64,000 nucleotides of DNA. Source: Takakia lepidozioides (Eukaryota; Plantae; Bryophyta). The translations under genes were made by a program, and so were the position numbers. This document shows, piece by piece, positions 1 through 13,600 of this stretch (positions are counted from its first letter, which is position 1; every line of letters starts with the position of its first letter). The notes under the pieces are model-generated. The model was not told the DNA's origin. It was given only the letters and a program-made list of their open reading frames with translations, and ran no database searches. Where the stretch lies: contig CM060734.1 of NCBI GenBank assembly GCA_030704615.1, positions 43,152,001 to 43,216,000 on the forward strand. The letters are read 5' to 3'.

Positions 1-2507
1 AGAACTCATAAGAAGCTGTTTGCCGTAGCCTTATGGCCATAGCAACAACACAGCTAAGAACAAAGAAATGACTGAAGACTAGTCTTGTTTAACTAATGAC
101 AAGCTAGTTCATGATGAATACAGATACAGACATTTCTGCGGTCCACCTTTACTGTTCACACCAAAAGTGTGAGTCAGACATAACGTTATAAGGTAACGAG
201 TCACAGATCAAGCAATTGGGGTTTCCTCTTAACTAAAACAATGATTGTAAAGAGAATGCAATATCTTTTGGACTGCATATTTGGAACAGAGTTAGTCAAA
301 GGACAACTTAGTTCATATGATTATTCTCATATGAGGCCTCCCTCATGTGGACGTTCCCAACTCAGTTAGTGTTTATGGCCTCAAGTGAACCTGCACCTTG
401 GATCCCAATACATTACACTGGAAAACCATTGGCAGGGACGCAGCAGGGAAAGTGGCCTATCTCAGCAAATGTAGCCAACGGCCTCGACCGTTGGATACGT
501 TTTGTAGACCTGGTGGGTGACCGGGCTGGCCTTGTAGTCACTCAAAGCCTATTTGCCACAGTGTCAGCAACCCTGAAGATGGCTGCTGGTTCCCATACAC
601 TGTCAAAACAGCTCAGTGTGGAGGCCTTGTTGGAGCAAGGGCACAAAGTCGACATGGCCGTTCACTCAAAACAACTACTTGAGGCATTTCAGCAGGTATC
701 CTTCTTAAGACTAGACCTATCAGTAATTTTTTTCTGTCTATGAACCAGAGTGCACTGTAGAAAAGAGGCAAACATGTCCTATACAGCCACCCCACACCAT
801 TGTGTTGGTGTTCATCATCCCTTTTAATTGGGCAGAAGGTTGAGGTTGATTACTCTAACACTGAAAATTGCACTTACTTCTATAAATGTTACTGTTTTGC
901 AGGGTAAAGGGAGGGTGAATCTGCTTGACCACACTGAGGCAAATCTATTTGTGCCTGCTCATCCCAACCTTGTCGAGACCCCCAAGGCTGGAAACCTCGG
1001 CAAGAGGCTGAATCAGCTGAGCGTAGAGCTCCGTTCAATTGAACTATGCAAGGCTTCCCATTCTTTCGTGGTATTGAGAGCCCGCGAGCTGTTGCGGTGG
1101 GCAGAGGAAGAAGAAAGAAAGAAAAAGAAAGAGGAATAGGAAGAGGAGAATGATTGAAGAAGATCAGGAACTGATGAGGAAGGAAGAAGAAGACGAAGAA
1201 GAAGAAAGGAAACGAAGAATGATGCTCATCGGAGACAGCCCGCCGTGACAGCCAAATCTTAATGGCAGTTGCGTTCCTTACAGTTCCCTGTGGCAACCAG
1301 GAAGACCTAACCAAAGGCAAGGCCCCACCCAACGTCTGGAGAACAGCATACGGTCACGTGCTTGAGTCAAGATCATCTACATCGTAGTCCCACTGCCCTC
1401 ATGTATCTCTCGCAAGCTCACAGTGGGCACGTAAAGACAGCCCATCTAGAGAGTGCAATGGGGAGAGTGCAATGGGGAGCACTTCGATTGAATGCATAAC
1501 CACCCTGCTTGATGCAATTCATCACAGGGTCTATCTATTCAATGTACATGACTCTTTTTCCTATAATGTGGACGTTGAAGTCCCTATCTCTGATACCTCC
1601 AAGATCCCGGTGTCCCACTTCGTAGGTACTCACACTAATATTTGTTCAAACCTTTCTACATGGGATAGGAGTACTTTGACATGAAATGATGAAACCAAAG
1701 AAACTTACACATCGCGCATGGGAGATTTGCCATTGGAGATTCTCGCACCAGCTCCTCATGGGTACTGGAAATATTCACTCAATGTCAAACATCCAGAGAA
1801 CCCAAACTCCCACGCCATGTCCACGCAATCTGCGAGAGGAGCACGCAGATCGGATGCAGACTCTCTCTCAAATTCCTCGAGTTCTTCAATCTGGTATTCA
1901 GTATTACATGTATCCGAAGACAGCTGCATGGAATTCTCCACGAAGTCGATTTCATGCACATTGGGTGGGCAAAGCATCGGATTATTTCAAACACTCCACG
2001 CCTGGTCGGTGATCCGCGGTTCAAATCCAAAAGGAACACTCATCGAGCATCAACGGTACCTCGAGAATCGGTAGGAGCTCTCCATCCTGGCTACACTGTG
2101 ACTGTCCAGACATAACATCAACGGTATACATCGCTCTGCAAAGTAGCGGCTCCCTCGTTGATAGGTGTCCTCCTTTTTGGTGGCTCAGAATTCATATCAC
2201 TTTATCTCAGCTTGTCATCCTCGTGGAATTTGAACTCTCTCACTTCTCACTTGCTGCGTGTTTTCCTTCTCTTTATCCGAACCATAGCTTGGAGCAAAGT
2301 GCAAGGCATTGCGAGTGTCTCTGTATTTGAGAACTTGATACTTCGTAGATCCCCCTTCGTTCTCTCTCCATATTGTTTCTCAACCCCTCCCGCTGCTCTC
2401 TTTATTTGCTATATTCTACAGCTACATTTGATTCTTGGGGCAGTGGGTATATCATATCCTGCTTGAATCTGTTTTCTCTGACTTGGGTGCACATGCAGTC
2501 ACCCACA

Positions 2508-4301
2508 ATGACATCACGCATTTCAACTGCGCACCATTCTCTCGCAATTTTCAACGGAACCTCCTCTTCCCCCCGTTCGGCCAGGAAAAGAAGCCAGTTT
2601 TTTCGTGGAGACTGTAGACAATTTTCAGCACAATTTGTAAAGAATGGAACCGCAGCAGTCCAGAGGAGAAGGGGGAAGGTGGTTTGTGGGCTAGGAGATT
2701 TTGTTGGAGGAGATTTGTTGGGATTGGACCTCGGCAAGTGGGTTTCCGATGTAGAGACGTATGGCTGCATAGCTGTGTATCCTCCTCCTGAGGGAGGATA
2801 TGAAGGGCGATATGCAACCCGGCTGAAGATGGAAGGATACCATTTCATGAATATTAGTGCGAGAGGATTGGGTGATCCCGAGGCCTATCTTACGAAAGTC
2901 CATGGCGTCCGGCCGGTATGTGTCTTGTCACAGTGAGAATCTGTAACGTGATCTGACATTAATTTTGTCCAGCGCATGCAGGCAAAACATCAGCGTAATC
3001 TTCCTTTGTTCTATCATAATAGTGAAGTCTTCTCTCTGTGCTGGAGATTGATTTTCGACGTCTTCACCCGTGAAATGTTTGCTTGTACCTCTCACACCCC
3101 GGTCACGTCACCCAACCCCTTCTGATAAGAAATTATAAATTTCTCTGTCTAGCTGCTTTCTTGAGAATGGATGCAGCATTACATCTTGGAGTCCTGTGCA
3201 TGTGGAACTGAATGAATTTTTCTAGGGTATGTACTTTTTCAGTGAGAAGGTTTCCTACAAACCATTTCACAAACTCTACTTTTGTGCTGAAAGCAGTAAC
3301 AGATGTGAGTTCCAGAGAGACTTGGGAGAAGTAAGAGAGGATTTGATAGTCACAGATGGGCTTACGAGAGAAAATAAGAGAAGTGGTTGCAATAATGCAG
3401 CCTCATCTTGGGAAGCAAGCTATCGTGCGCTGGTACTTTCCCCCTCAAGTTGACTACAGGCTCTCTCTGCTGCCCAAAAACTCAAAGGGCCTTGTTCTTT
3501 GGGTCCTTGAAGCAAAGGTATTATGCATCACACTAGCTTCTTCTGTTGGCAGGTGGGGTTACTGTGAATTCATTTGCATCAGTTGGATTATTCCCCACTG
3601 CTTTGCTGTTATTTGTAGGTTTCTACAGCAGCATGAAACCTGACTACTTCAGATTTGTGAAATTTGTTCTATGACCATTTGACTTACAAAGCGAGACTGT
3701 CACATGGTAGCAGGTGTTATCAAAGACAGAGCTGCAGTATTTGGCATTGTTGCCAGCCTATCGCCCAGATGTGAAGGTGATTGCAGAGTGTGGCTCCTGG
3801 TATGACCTTGCCGCCTATATAGGCCTCTCTCTTGCTACTTCATTGAAACACGTCCTTGCCTTAAGTGTCTCCTAACATGTAGGCCCTTATGTACAAGAGG
3901 TACTAGAGCGTGGTGACTTTAGACCTTCTCATTTGCAAGAAGTGGCATAACTCTCCCATAACCCTCAGCCAGTCCCCTTTACAAGACTGAACTATTTTTG
4001 TATGTAGTCAATAAAATTGAACCCCCTCTCTCTTCTTTTCACTATGGCATTTTTAGGGCAAGGTTCTCACAGTAGCACAGCCTGCCAGCGCACCATGTAG
4101 TTGGCCACTCCAGTCAATTACAAAATGCACAATTGTGTGTGTTGCAGGCGATCATTCAGATGGAAGCCATTGAAGGAGGTGGCAGGGCTCCCAATGACAA
4201 GTGAGACCAAGGCTGTCAAGGCACCCCCTGTACCAGAGAGGCCCAAGGTTGTCTCAGAAGAAAAGAAAGAGAAGGAAAGTCCAGTTGCTGTAGGCTCATG
4301 A
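2508..4301 (+). CDS. ndhN: NAD(P)H-quinone oxidoreductase subunit N, chloroplastic; exons 2508-2915, 3401-3517, 3714-3799, 4148-4301
   Basis: Spliced translation: transit peptide, then GGDLLGLDLGKW..YPPPEGGYEGRYATRL..ARGLGDPEAYLTKVHGVRP|PHLGKQAIVRWYFPP..GLVLWVLEAK|VLSKTELQYLALLP..KVIAECGSW|RSFRWKPLKEVAG. All introns are GT-AG with consistent phase. ATG 2508 is inferred (ATG 2493 is an in-frame alternative). Confidence 0.95.
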
Positions 4302-5801
4302 GAATAGTAGTTCATTAACCATTGGTAGCAGAATTGCTACTTTTCTTTATCCTTTGTCATTTCTCCCCCTTTCCTCTGTCGCTGCCTCACTGTATGTAAG
4401 AGGCACCTCGCATTCTTCAATTTTGAAGTGAAGGATTGATGCATTGCTAGATCTAGCGTCTAGAGGTTGTATCATACATAATGACTGCCACAGTCATTTG
4501 TATAGTGTACCCAAATAGTGCAACTTCTGTACCATGGAGTTTTACTCAACATGGTTCTATTTCCCAAAGTCTTCAGTATAATGGCCATTTTTTTCAGCGC
4601 TGGTGGATTCTGGCTGTCACTTTGTTGGGCCTTGTTCCTGGGCTTTGGACAACCTGGTCAAGTTTGCATTTTCTTCTACCGCCGTAGATTATCCTGGCTG
4701 CAGGAGGGAGAATCTCATCAGGTGTTGAGAGCCGTACTCTAAGTGTCACAATACAAGAGAGCACCCTTGACTGGCACCATGGTCAAATACAAGGCATTGT
4801 ATTACTTGCAAGACGGAGGATCTGTTCCCATCATAGCGCTTCTGGTTGAAGTTGAGGTTATGAGTTGGTCACTGGGGCGTTCACCTGCACAATCAAGACA
4901 ATATTATTCACTCTAGTAAATAAGGGTGTACCTTCATGCGGCACGAGGCCACTCTCTAGCTTGCATAAGCCTTGGGCCATAAAATTTATAAAGCCATGAA
5001 CAGAATGCCTCTCTAAAGGCCTGTCAAGAAGATCACCAAGAGAAAATTTACTGAGCTGCAGCCTTACCAACGCTCTCATGAGGTGAAGAACTGTGATTAT
5101 ATCTCAGCTACTCTCAGATCATCCGGTAGGGTCAAGTAAGGGTCCGATATACAGGGACATTTTGGGAACCTTGGGGAACAAGAGAACATGCGAGAGGATG
5201 AGCTAGTGGGTGAGGTTTTCTCTTTGGATCTCCCTTCCTTGCAAGCCTACGTGCTCGAGTGGGTCCAAGCACTAAGTTAGCGGATGGACTATTTGAACCT
5301 TTTCGGGCTTGATGGAGGAGTTTTCTACTGGAACACATTTCATGGGCAGGACATATTTGCAAGGATAATTTTTTTTTTGGATTGGTGTGCATCATTTTCG
5401 GTGTCCGTCATGTTTCTTGTTGGAAATTTCTTGAAGGAGCTTCAATGGATCCGCTCCAAGATTAGTTCTTCTTGCTGCAAGACTGTCGTCACTAAGAGAG
5501 GACGGCATCGAGAGAGAAAAGAGAGTGATCGAATATGTTGGGTTTGAGTATGTGTGTGTGTGAACAATTGTAGAACAGCGTGCATGCGGAAATGATTTTC
5601 AAGGCCCTCCAGCCGGAGGTGGGTACGTGGGTACACCAAATGCCTGGGAGATTTCCATCATTAAATACCAGTGCCAGTTTCAAACAGGCAATCAACAAAT
5701 CTATATTCCGAACCCTAAATTGTGCGTGGCTGTGGTTGTGCTTTGTGAGAATATTGAGGCTGGAGGCCTGAATTCAGGCGAATGCTACAAGAATTCGGAC
5801 T

Positions 5802-6875
5802 GTGACAATGTCCGAAGAGTTGGATCCAGATCGGTGGGGCACGCTGCCCGATGAATTGAGGGAGAGGGTATTTGCTTGGTTGCCGCCCGACAGTTTCTGC
5901 AGATTCCGATGTGTGCATAAGAACTGGGACGAAATGTTACTTTCCCAGACTTTTATGGATGCCTACTCTCGGGCTTGTGAAGCTCGAGACCCATGGGTTC
6001 TCCTGGAATTGTACAGGCCATTCGAAAGTCCTCAACCGCAGATATGGTTTTACAATCCCGTTTCTGAAAGATGGTACAGGCACCCCTTCTCATTTCTCCC
6101 CACACCAGGAGCTGAAGTTCTAGCCACAGATGGCGGGCTGGTATGCTGTCAGACAGAGTCAGGCATCTATGTATGCAATCCATTGACGGGCTGCTGGGCA
6201 GAGATTTTCCCGATGTACGTCTTCAATTTATATTCAGACTCTGTGGCCTTAACTGTGGATTGTACCACCAAGGCTTACAAGGTGATCTTAGTTGGGCTTC
6301 AGGTAGAGATCGACACCTATGAAGTTCATATCTTTGACTCAGCAACCCAAACTTGGGAGAGGGGTGCGAGGGCACCATATGGCTATAAAGTAACAGATCT
6401 GGTTGTCACAAATGGACATCTTTACTGCGTAACCATCAACTGGGATGTGGTTGCTTACAATTTGGAAAGAAGAGAGTGGTCAAGGATCGAAGTGCCTGAT
6501 GACATGAGACCTTGTCTGACAGTTTATCAGGGTTGCCTGCTTATGGGCAATGCATTCATTTCAGATGAGGGTCTCTTCTCCAATATAGTGGTCTTTGAGG
6601 TGGAGCTTCAGCGAAGGCAGGTGAGGCAGGTGGCAGCAATGCCTGAGGAGTTTCTGCAGGTTATCAATGATCATGAAGGTCATGACAACTATGGGATCGA
6701 ATTTCTTGAGGGTAACACAATTTGCATCCGACTAGACACAAACAATCAGCGACTTTTGATGTACAAAGCAGCCAAAAGTTTGTGGCAATGGTTGCCAGAA
6801 TGCCCAGCCGAAGGCTGCTCAGACATGATTGAGCCTTGTTATTTCTTCAAGCCCCTGCTCGATGCCTCTGTCTAG
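5802..6875 (+). CDS. Intronless F-box protein with C-terminal beta-propeller (FBA/kelch-like) domain
   Basis: 357-aa ORF with F-box WGTLPDELRERVFAWLPPDSFCRFRCVHKNW, followed by ATDGGLVC..YVCNPLTGCW..YKVILVG..VHIFDSATQTW, typical of plant F-box proteins. Confidence 0.92.
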   Translation: MTMSEELDPDRWGTLPDELRERVFAWLPPDSFCRFRCVHKNWDEMLLSQTFMDAYSRACEARDPWVLLELYRPFESPQPQIWFYNPVSERWYRHPFSFLPTPGAEVLATDGGLVCCQTESGIYVCNPLTGCWAEIFPMYVFNLYSDSVALTVDCTTKAYKVILVGLQVEIDTYEVHIFDSATQTWERGARAPYGYKVTDLVVTNGHLYCVTINWDVVAYNLERREWSRIEVPDDMRPCLTVYQGCLLMGNAFISDEGLFSNIVVFEVELQRRQVRQVAAMPEEFLQVINDHEGHDNYGIEFLEGNTICIRLDTNNQRLLMYKAAKSLWQWLPECPAEGCSDMIEPCYFFKPLLDASV

Positions 6876-7904
6876 AGCTTACAATTTCAATCAACCATCC
6901 TCCTGCTAAGCATCACTGGAAAAATGACAAACTCAAGAATCCAGTGCAAATGCTGTTGATGCCAGTAGTGATGCCATATGTACAGCTGATCTTTAGAACA
7001 ACAGTGTATTTCAAACATTGTGAGGAGAATTATTCAGCAAATCCTTTCTAAGAGCCATAAACCAATTTCCCCTCACTTCACCTTTGGCTATGCTCCCATT
7101 AATGTGCAAAAAGAATAGAAGGCCAAAGTGCATGTGAGAGAGAGAGAATGTACTCATAAGACATTTTTACCCATATCCCTTGTGGCCATAGACCTCACGC
7201 CCAGTTTGTATAGAACAAGAGGGAATAGACACTGCCTTTGTAAGGGGCTCACTCCAGTAGGGGGGTTTACCTTGATGTAAAGAATCCATTCAGGCTTTCC
7301 AGATTCCCTTTACATACAAGCATCAATCTGATGTGTGTGAGCTGCCCAATTAGACCCCAACAGGGCCAGGGCTTTAGGCTCAGCCTCAAGTTTTTCAAAA
7401 GTTGGTGAACACAGGTCCAAGGACTATGTTCTAGATGGTCCTGAAGAGGGTCAACTTCAGACCACCTGCACATCAGGCATTGGCAACCTCCCTTCCGCAG
7501 GCACTTGGCTGAAGGCAAACTCAACAGCCCGATTTCAGAGTTATCTATTTTAGTTTTATAGCCATGTGTTACCATAGAAATGACATAGACGGGAAAAGGC
7601 ATCTTCCCGTCTTTCTGGGTTGTGTGCAGTGAGTTCTTGAGAGAAAGGTTATCATGTTTGTGTGAGACCCAAAGAGCCCAAAGGATTGAAAAAAGAGAGT
7701 GGCACAGGAATTGCTCTAGGAATCGATTCTCAATGTGTCAGACATCAGAGAATCTCACCGTGATTAAACCAACCCTCTTCCATCCCTGAATTGACATGCC
7801 ATACACACAAATACTGTGCAGATAGACGGACCCACTCACCTCAAATGTAATTCCGAAGGGGCCTATTGATGAAATTGGAGATTTGGCATCAGGGTACTTC
7901 TGAA

Positions 7905-8175
7905 CTGATCTGCAAGAACAGACCCCATCTTGGAAATGGATCATGTACAACAACTTCTCGCCCTGTAATTTTTTAGATAACCTTCGAGGCGATATGGAGT
8001 CATGCTTTAGGTCCCCAGCCCAAAGCAGTAGCCAGCTTCTCACTGTGGTGTCGAAGAGAAATTTCCTTGTGCTTTCCTCTGCATCGTGCAGTGTCAAGAA
8101 CATATTCAGCCTCCTTCATTTGCACATGCAATCTCTTTAGCTCCGCCTGGATTTCCTCAATTTGTGTCATCTACA
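7905..8175 (-). pseudogene. Decayed E+/DYW cytidine-deaminase domain of a PLS-class PPR RNA-editing factor
   Basis: Minus strand reads EEIQAELKRLHVQMKEAEYVLDT..KEISLRHHSEKLATALG..(D-H)IASKVI*KITGREVVVHD/HFQDGVCSCR. The HSEKLA and HF.DG.CSC motifs are present, with stops, frameshifts and deletion of the KNLRVC segment. Confidence 0.8.
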
Positions 8176-10625
8176 ACTAATAGTGAAGGTCCTACCCTGG
8201 CCGCCAGTCTCATGGTCACCAGATACTTGCACCTGATTCACCCTGCTGACCCCAAACACCAGGGTGAAACTTTTGTTCAACAAATCTAGACACTTGCAGA
8301 AAATCCTCACGAAAAATTAGTAAACCTCGTTCAGGAACCAATCCCTGAAGACAGTCGCACCAGCAGCCAACCCACAGTTGTGGCAGGAAAAGTGGTGTTA
8401 TCATAATCCCTTTGAAGAGGAAGGCAATTCGTCAATTGTCAAGGACCTCTTGCTGATTTCCTCTGCTGATAAACATTTCGAGAGGATTTTATTGTAACTT
8501 TGCATACACTTTGACAGAACTTATGAGTTCAGGAAAGTTTGGGAAGTGAAGTAATCATGACTGTGCAGTTTTAGTTTGTACACTTCCCTTTTCTTCCATC
8601 CAAGAAATGTCGGGAAGGGTGTATGTGGCCACACAGAAAGTATGTTACATCTCCCCTCCTTCGGACCCTTTTGACCTCTTGCAAAAGCAATGAGATTCAT
8701 CCGCAAAAAAAGAAGAGGAAGTTCAACAGAGCAATCGTGGTTACAGCTCTATGCAGATAGAGAGTGAATCACTTTCTTTACAGAGCTGTAATCTTGAATT
8801 GTTTGTGTTAAACTTCCTCTCTTTCTTTGCAGACATAATCACTTTCTCCCTCTCTTTACAGCACTGTAACCTTGTATGCTCTGCAAATTGCTGACAGACT
8901 TCTCACTGAATTTTGACAAAATCACAGTGATGTAAGTCGCATTTAACATCATCCACCGAGACCTATTGTACTCCGGGCTTGAAGGTCCATGCTGAATACC
9001 ACAATGGTACCATCACCAGATTGTGCTCCACCCCGTGTCATAGCTGCTTGCACCCATTGGTGTCTGACTGACTCTCAATCCATCGGGCCTTTTTTCCTCT
9101 CTTGTCTTCAAAGTCTTGACATTTAGAATTTCTGTGTGAAAAACATTATGGCAAACCCACCCAAGCTCCCAAGCATTCAAAACACAGGACACAACTTCGA
9201 AACACTCAACTTCAAAAGTCTTTGCGATTACAACCTTTGATCCAACAATACAAACAACTGTGGAATGCATGAAACCCAGAGAAAACATCATAATCATCAT
9301 AAATCGATGCAACTAACTACAGTAGTCCAAATCTACATGCATCATGATACCAGCTTCTGAAGGAACAAACTCACAGGTTCAGGGAAGATATTTTGCATAA
9401 CTTCATTGTCAGCAGACAATTTCCTGCCATCAGATGACTTTGGATCCCCTTCAACCTCACAGCCCATAGGATGCATGCATTTCTTAGTCTCACAATATCA
9501 AACCTGTGGTCCCTCCAGTCCACAGTGATCGGTCTGACATGAACTCCTGCCAAATCTCTTCTCTGCTCGTTGCTGAGCTTTTCTCCAAGTCGACCTTTTA
9601 ACCGCCCATAACATCACTCCAATGACTCTCTCTCTCCCTCTCCCTCTTCCCCACTCCTTTTGTATGAGGGTGAAATCTTCAAATTAAACCTAGTCAAATC
9701 CTTGTAATTTTATTCATAGTAAATAGCTTCTAGATTCTCTAAAGAGTAGAAAACATTAGACAGTAAATCCTAACCGTTCATATGGCCATGTGGCAGGTGA
9801 GAAAGATATCCAGAAACTCCAGCTTGAAAAAGCCCTAATTCTCATCCGCACGTGCCAAACTGTAGGGAGGTGTTAGTGGGGAAGGGAGTGGTTTTATTAG
9901 TCCCGTTAACTCGCAGACTGATCAGCTTCAATCGTGTTCGATCTTCTACTCTTGTGTCGGAATTTGGAGTGAAGGGTTTGTCTTTTGTTTTGTATTTGTA
10001 CTGAAGAGATTGAATCATCTTCGTTGCGCTCTCGAGGTGTGTGTTGGGAGCTGGAGTCTCTCCCATTTGCTTTCCTTCCTTTTTCTGAAAGACCCAAAGT
10101 CTTAATTCCAGTAGCGGGGAGGTATGGAAGAAGCAGGACATGCAAGCACTGCGCGCTGGGCGATATATGACCGCCTCAAGAATCTCCCCATTCTTTACTC
10201 AACCAATGACTCCGGCATTTCCCCAGCACGGACCTTTAAGTGTACTCCTTTTCCCTGCTTGTTTGAAAGCTCACTGTATACTGAGTGTTTCGCCCTCTGA
10301 CCTGCGTTCCTTCTTTCGTTGGTTCCGTGAGTGGATGGTTAGTGACTGTTTTAGGCCGGGCCGGAATATTTTTGGCTTTTGCCCGCAATTTTTTATGTTC
10401 TTTTGGTGGTTTAAGTATTTTAACTGAGTAGATTAGGTTTGTGTTAAGGTTTCGCGCAACTTGCCCTTGAACCTCCAGCTATGGCTTTGAATTAATTGCC
10501 GGAAAATTCACGTCTTACAATGAAGATGCTGTCTGAGGATGTGGGTGGGTCAGTTTGCGAAGATCAGCCTCTGTCGAAGTAGCTTTTCCTGCGTTCACTT
10601 GTCTGACCAATTGTTAGCGAAATCA

Positions 10626-13600
10626 ATGTCGTCACATAGTTGTGGTGATTTGATTACAGTGGAAACAACAAAGAGCTTGGTGGAGAAGGAAGTGCAGACG
10701 GAGGTTGATGATCCGCCTGATCCAGAGGTCTCTCTCTCTCTGTGGCTGTTATACAGTTTCTTTCTTTCTTTCTTCTCTCATCCCTTGGGTCTTCTTTTTT
10801 GCGCTGACCAGCTCTGTGACAGACATGTCCAGGTATAGTAGAGCTAAGCCCTGTAAAGCGAAGTCCTGAACTGGATCATTCCTTGATGATTAAATAGACA
10901 CATGACTAATTGCTTTTCTGCTCCAGCATCGACTTAGGGAAATCAAGAAGATTTCACATGACCTCCATGTGTCCTCTCTCTTTGGATTTTACAGGAGCAC
11001 AAATGGGAGATGCTCTCACAGTACTCGAGCATTCCTCGCAACGAATTCGTGCAGAGAGAGTGGGTGTTTCTTGTATTGGACTTCTAGGCTCATTCTCCAT
11101 ATCGTGGTAGATGTGCATTAAATCTTTGGAATGGGTGATGCCTTGCTTATGCATCAGATTTGCATATTTCTAATGATTCCCATTGAGCAGATGCCACCGT
11201 TCCCTTCGGCCCCCGGAATAGAACCCTTCCTGGTTGGTTGCCAATCTCAGTATGGAACTGAACTGCCATCACTCTCTCATCGTCAATGGTGTCCTGTTTG
11301 CAAGATACAGGTCCACAATGACTGGTCAAACTCAATTTCAACATTGAGTGTGAGTGGTGCAACCACTAATACAATACTTCCTGATATTACACCAATGATA
11401 TTGATTGGAACTGATAACACCACCATTGTACGGAAGAAAGGAATAGAGTTCGCTGAAAGCCTGTAAGCCCAGGGTGGCAAAGGAAGGTTTAGAATGAGAT
11501 TTCGAAAACGAGATACCCCTAAATACAAGCAGACTCAGTAAGTTCCTTCCCAGCAGTACTTTGATGGAGTGCCTCTGTGAGAACCTGGTTTGGATATGGG
11601 TTCCACTTTGAAATGGTTATATTGCCCCAACCCAAAGAGACAGAAGTTGATGGTGACATCCTGTGACAATGTTTGGTGAGATTGTAATTCTTCTGGAGGT
11701 TGTTTGCTTACTCTTGGGGGGGAGAGAGGGACACAGAAATTCATCATGTCCACAAGAGGTCTTCTAGTGTAGTTTGATCTGGGTCTTGACAATTCTTCCC
11801 TAGAAAGTTAAGATAAGATAGACACAATATGGTGATCTCAAGACCATATAATTGCATGCTGTTCTGTGATGTGGTGGCACATCTGAACCGAAATCTCTGA
11901 TACAGAGTACATCGATGACTTCTCCCTTCTGAGCTTTCAAACAGGGCCTATCTGCATTGTGTTCCTCATCTCTCACAACCTATTGACTCTTGGCCTTGGC
12001 TTGATTGGCCTGCTGCATGAAGGCATGTGACTCAGAAGGAGGATGACATAGCAGTGTGTAACTGCAAATGCGAGGAGGGTCACCCAGAGAGTGTGTGTGG
12101 AGAACGCTGTTTGAATCTGTTGACCAGTACAGAATGTACACCTGGACATTGCCCCTGTGGTGCTCTGTGCAAAAACCAGGTAGGTTTTAAACTGGTCCCT
12201 AAGTAGCCCCATCCTGGCTAGTTCGGCCAAGGTAACTTATGATCAGCCAGAAAGGTAGTGCTTTAGTTTGGAGGTGAGTCTGGTGTTATCGTCCATCACC
12301 ACAGGTGTAGATACATGGTAATATTTTCGGAGTCCAAGAACCATAAGAGAAGCACTGCAAGTGCAGTCAGTGTGTCAGATTTTCATCCATTCCGGTTTTG
12401 AAGCTCCGTTGTGTGCAGCGTTTTCAACGCTGTGAGTGTGCGAAGGTGAAGCTGGTGAGGACTGCTTCACGAGGCTGGGGTCTCTTGGCAGACCAGGACA
12501 TCAAGGTTTGGACAACATCACTCTTCACCCCTCCAGTCTTGACCCACCTGGGCTTTCTGTCTCTCTATCTTATGTCACATTCTTCTCTCCCAGCTGTCTA
12601 TCTCTCCCACCTCTTGCTTGGCACTTCCCTTGAAGCAGTTACCGTGTCGTATCTTGGTAAACATGACACAAAGTCTTAGACTGAAAGTGATGGGGTTGGA
12701 GAGTGGAGGGAAGTAGGAAGGGGAGTTTGTGATGGAGTACTGCGGGGAGGTGATATCTGACAAAGTGGCGCAATCACGCGTCCATGTTTATGAGGCGGCA
12801 GGTTAGACAACATTGCCTGCTCCAATGATTTGATTTCTCTCTTACTCTCTCAAGCGCAATGAAATTTTGTTTTCTGCAGGTAGAGCATGTCTTGACAGTA
12901 GTCCTGGGTTCAAACCCACTTGTGACCTTGTTAGAGACTATGGCATGTAGTCCCTTGTCATATTGTCAAGGGCTGTCAGCTCTTGAAGTGAAAGAATTGT
13001 GCACAGTTTGCCCAGTCACTGTCCAAGACACCGTAAAGAGGTGCCCACCACTGGACAAGCCTAAGGTGTACAGGGAGCTCGTGTCACTGTTTTGAAGCTA
13101 AAGGGACTTGGATGCATGAGTAGGACTGTGGATGTGTCCCAGTCCACTTGTTTGTATTGCATGGATGCAAACATGTGCATGAAGGTGAAAGAAAGCGTTT
13201 ATATGCCAGGTGTCAAGGACAAGTACATTATAGCCTTGGATGGGTCAGAGTTCATTGATGCCACCAGGAAAGGCAGCCTTGCTCGCTTCATCAATCATTC
13301 GTGGTGAGTAGTTTCTGACCTCCATTTTAACAACGGTGGAGTACTCGAGATGCATTGAAAAACTGGAGGATACTTGAAATATATCAGAGTTGTTTACTAA
13401 ATTTCGTTCGATACACTGTTACTGCCTTCTTAGCCTCAGAGGCTACATCTTGGAATTTGTTCAGGTATCGTCCACGAAAAGTACATGCATCTTGTTAGAA
13501 TAATTTTGATTGGTTAGTTTTATACATAGATATCCAAATGTGAGTCAGCCTTGGAATTGTTGTGTATGTAACACAACTTATTTGTTTCTATTGATTCTGA

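Noticed and set aside
345-2150. Several 100-150-aa ORFs and a GA-rich tract (~1100-1215) upstream of ndhN
   Set aside because: No recognisable domain or consistent splice model on either strand; the tract is low-complexity sequence.
7230-9600. A full PPR gene around the DYW relic
   Set aside because: No PPR motifs could be read upstream of ~8175 on the minus strand.
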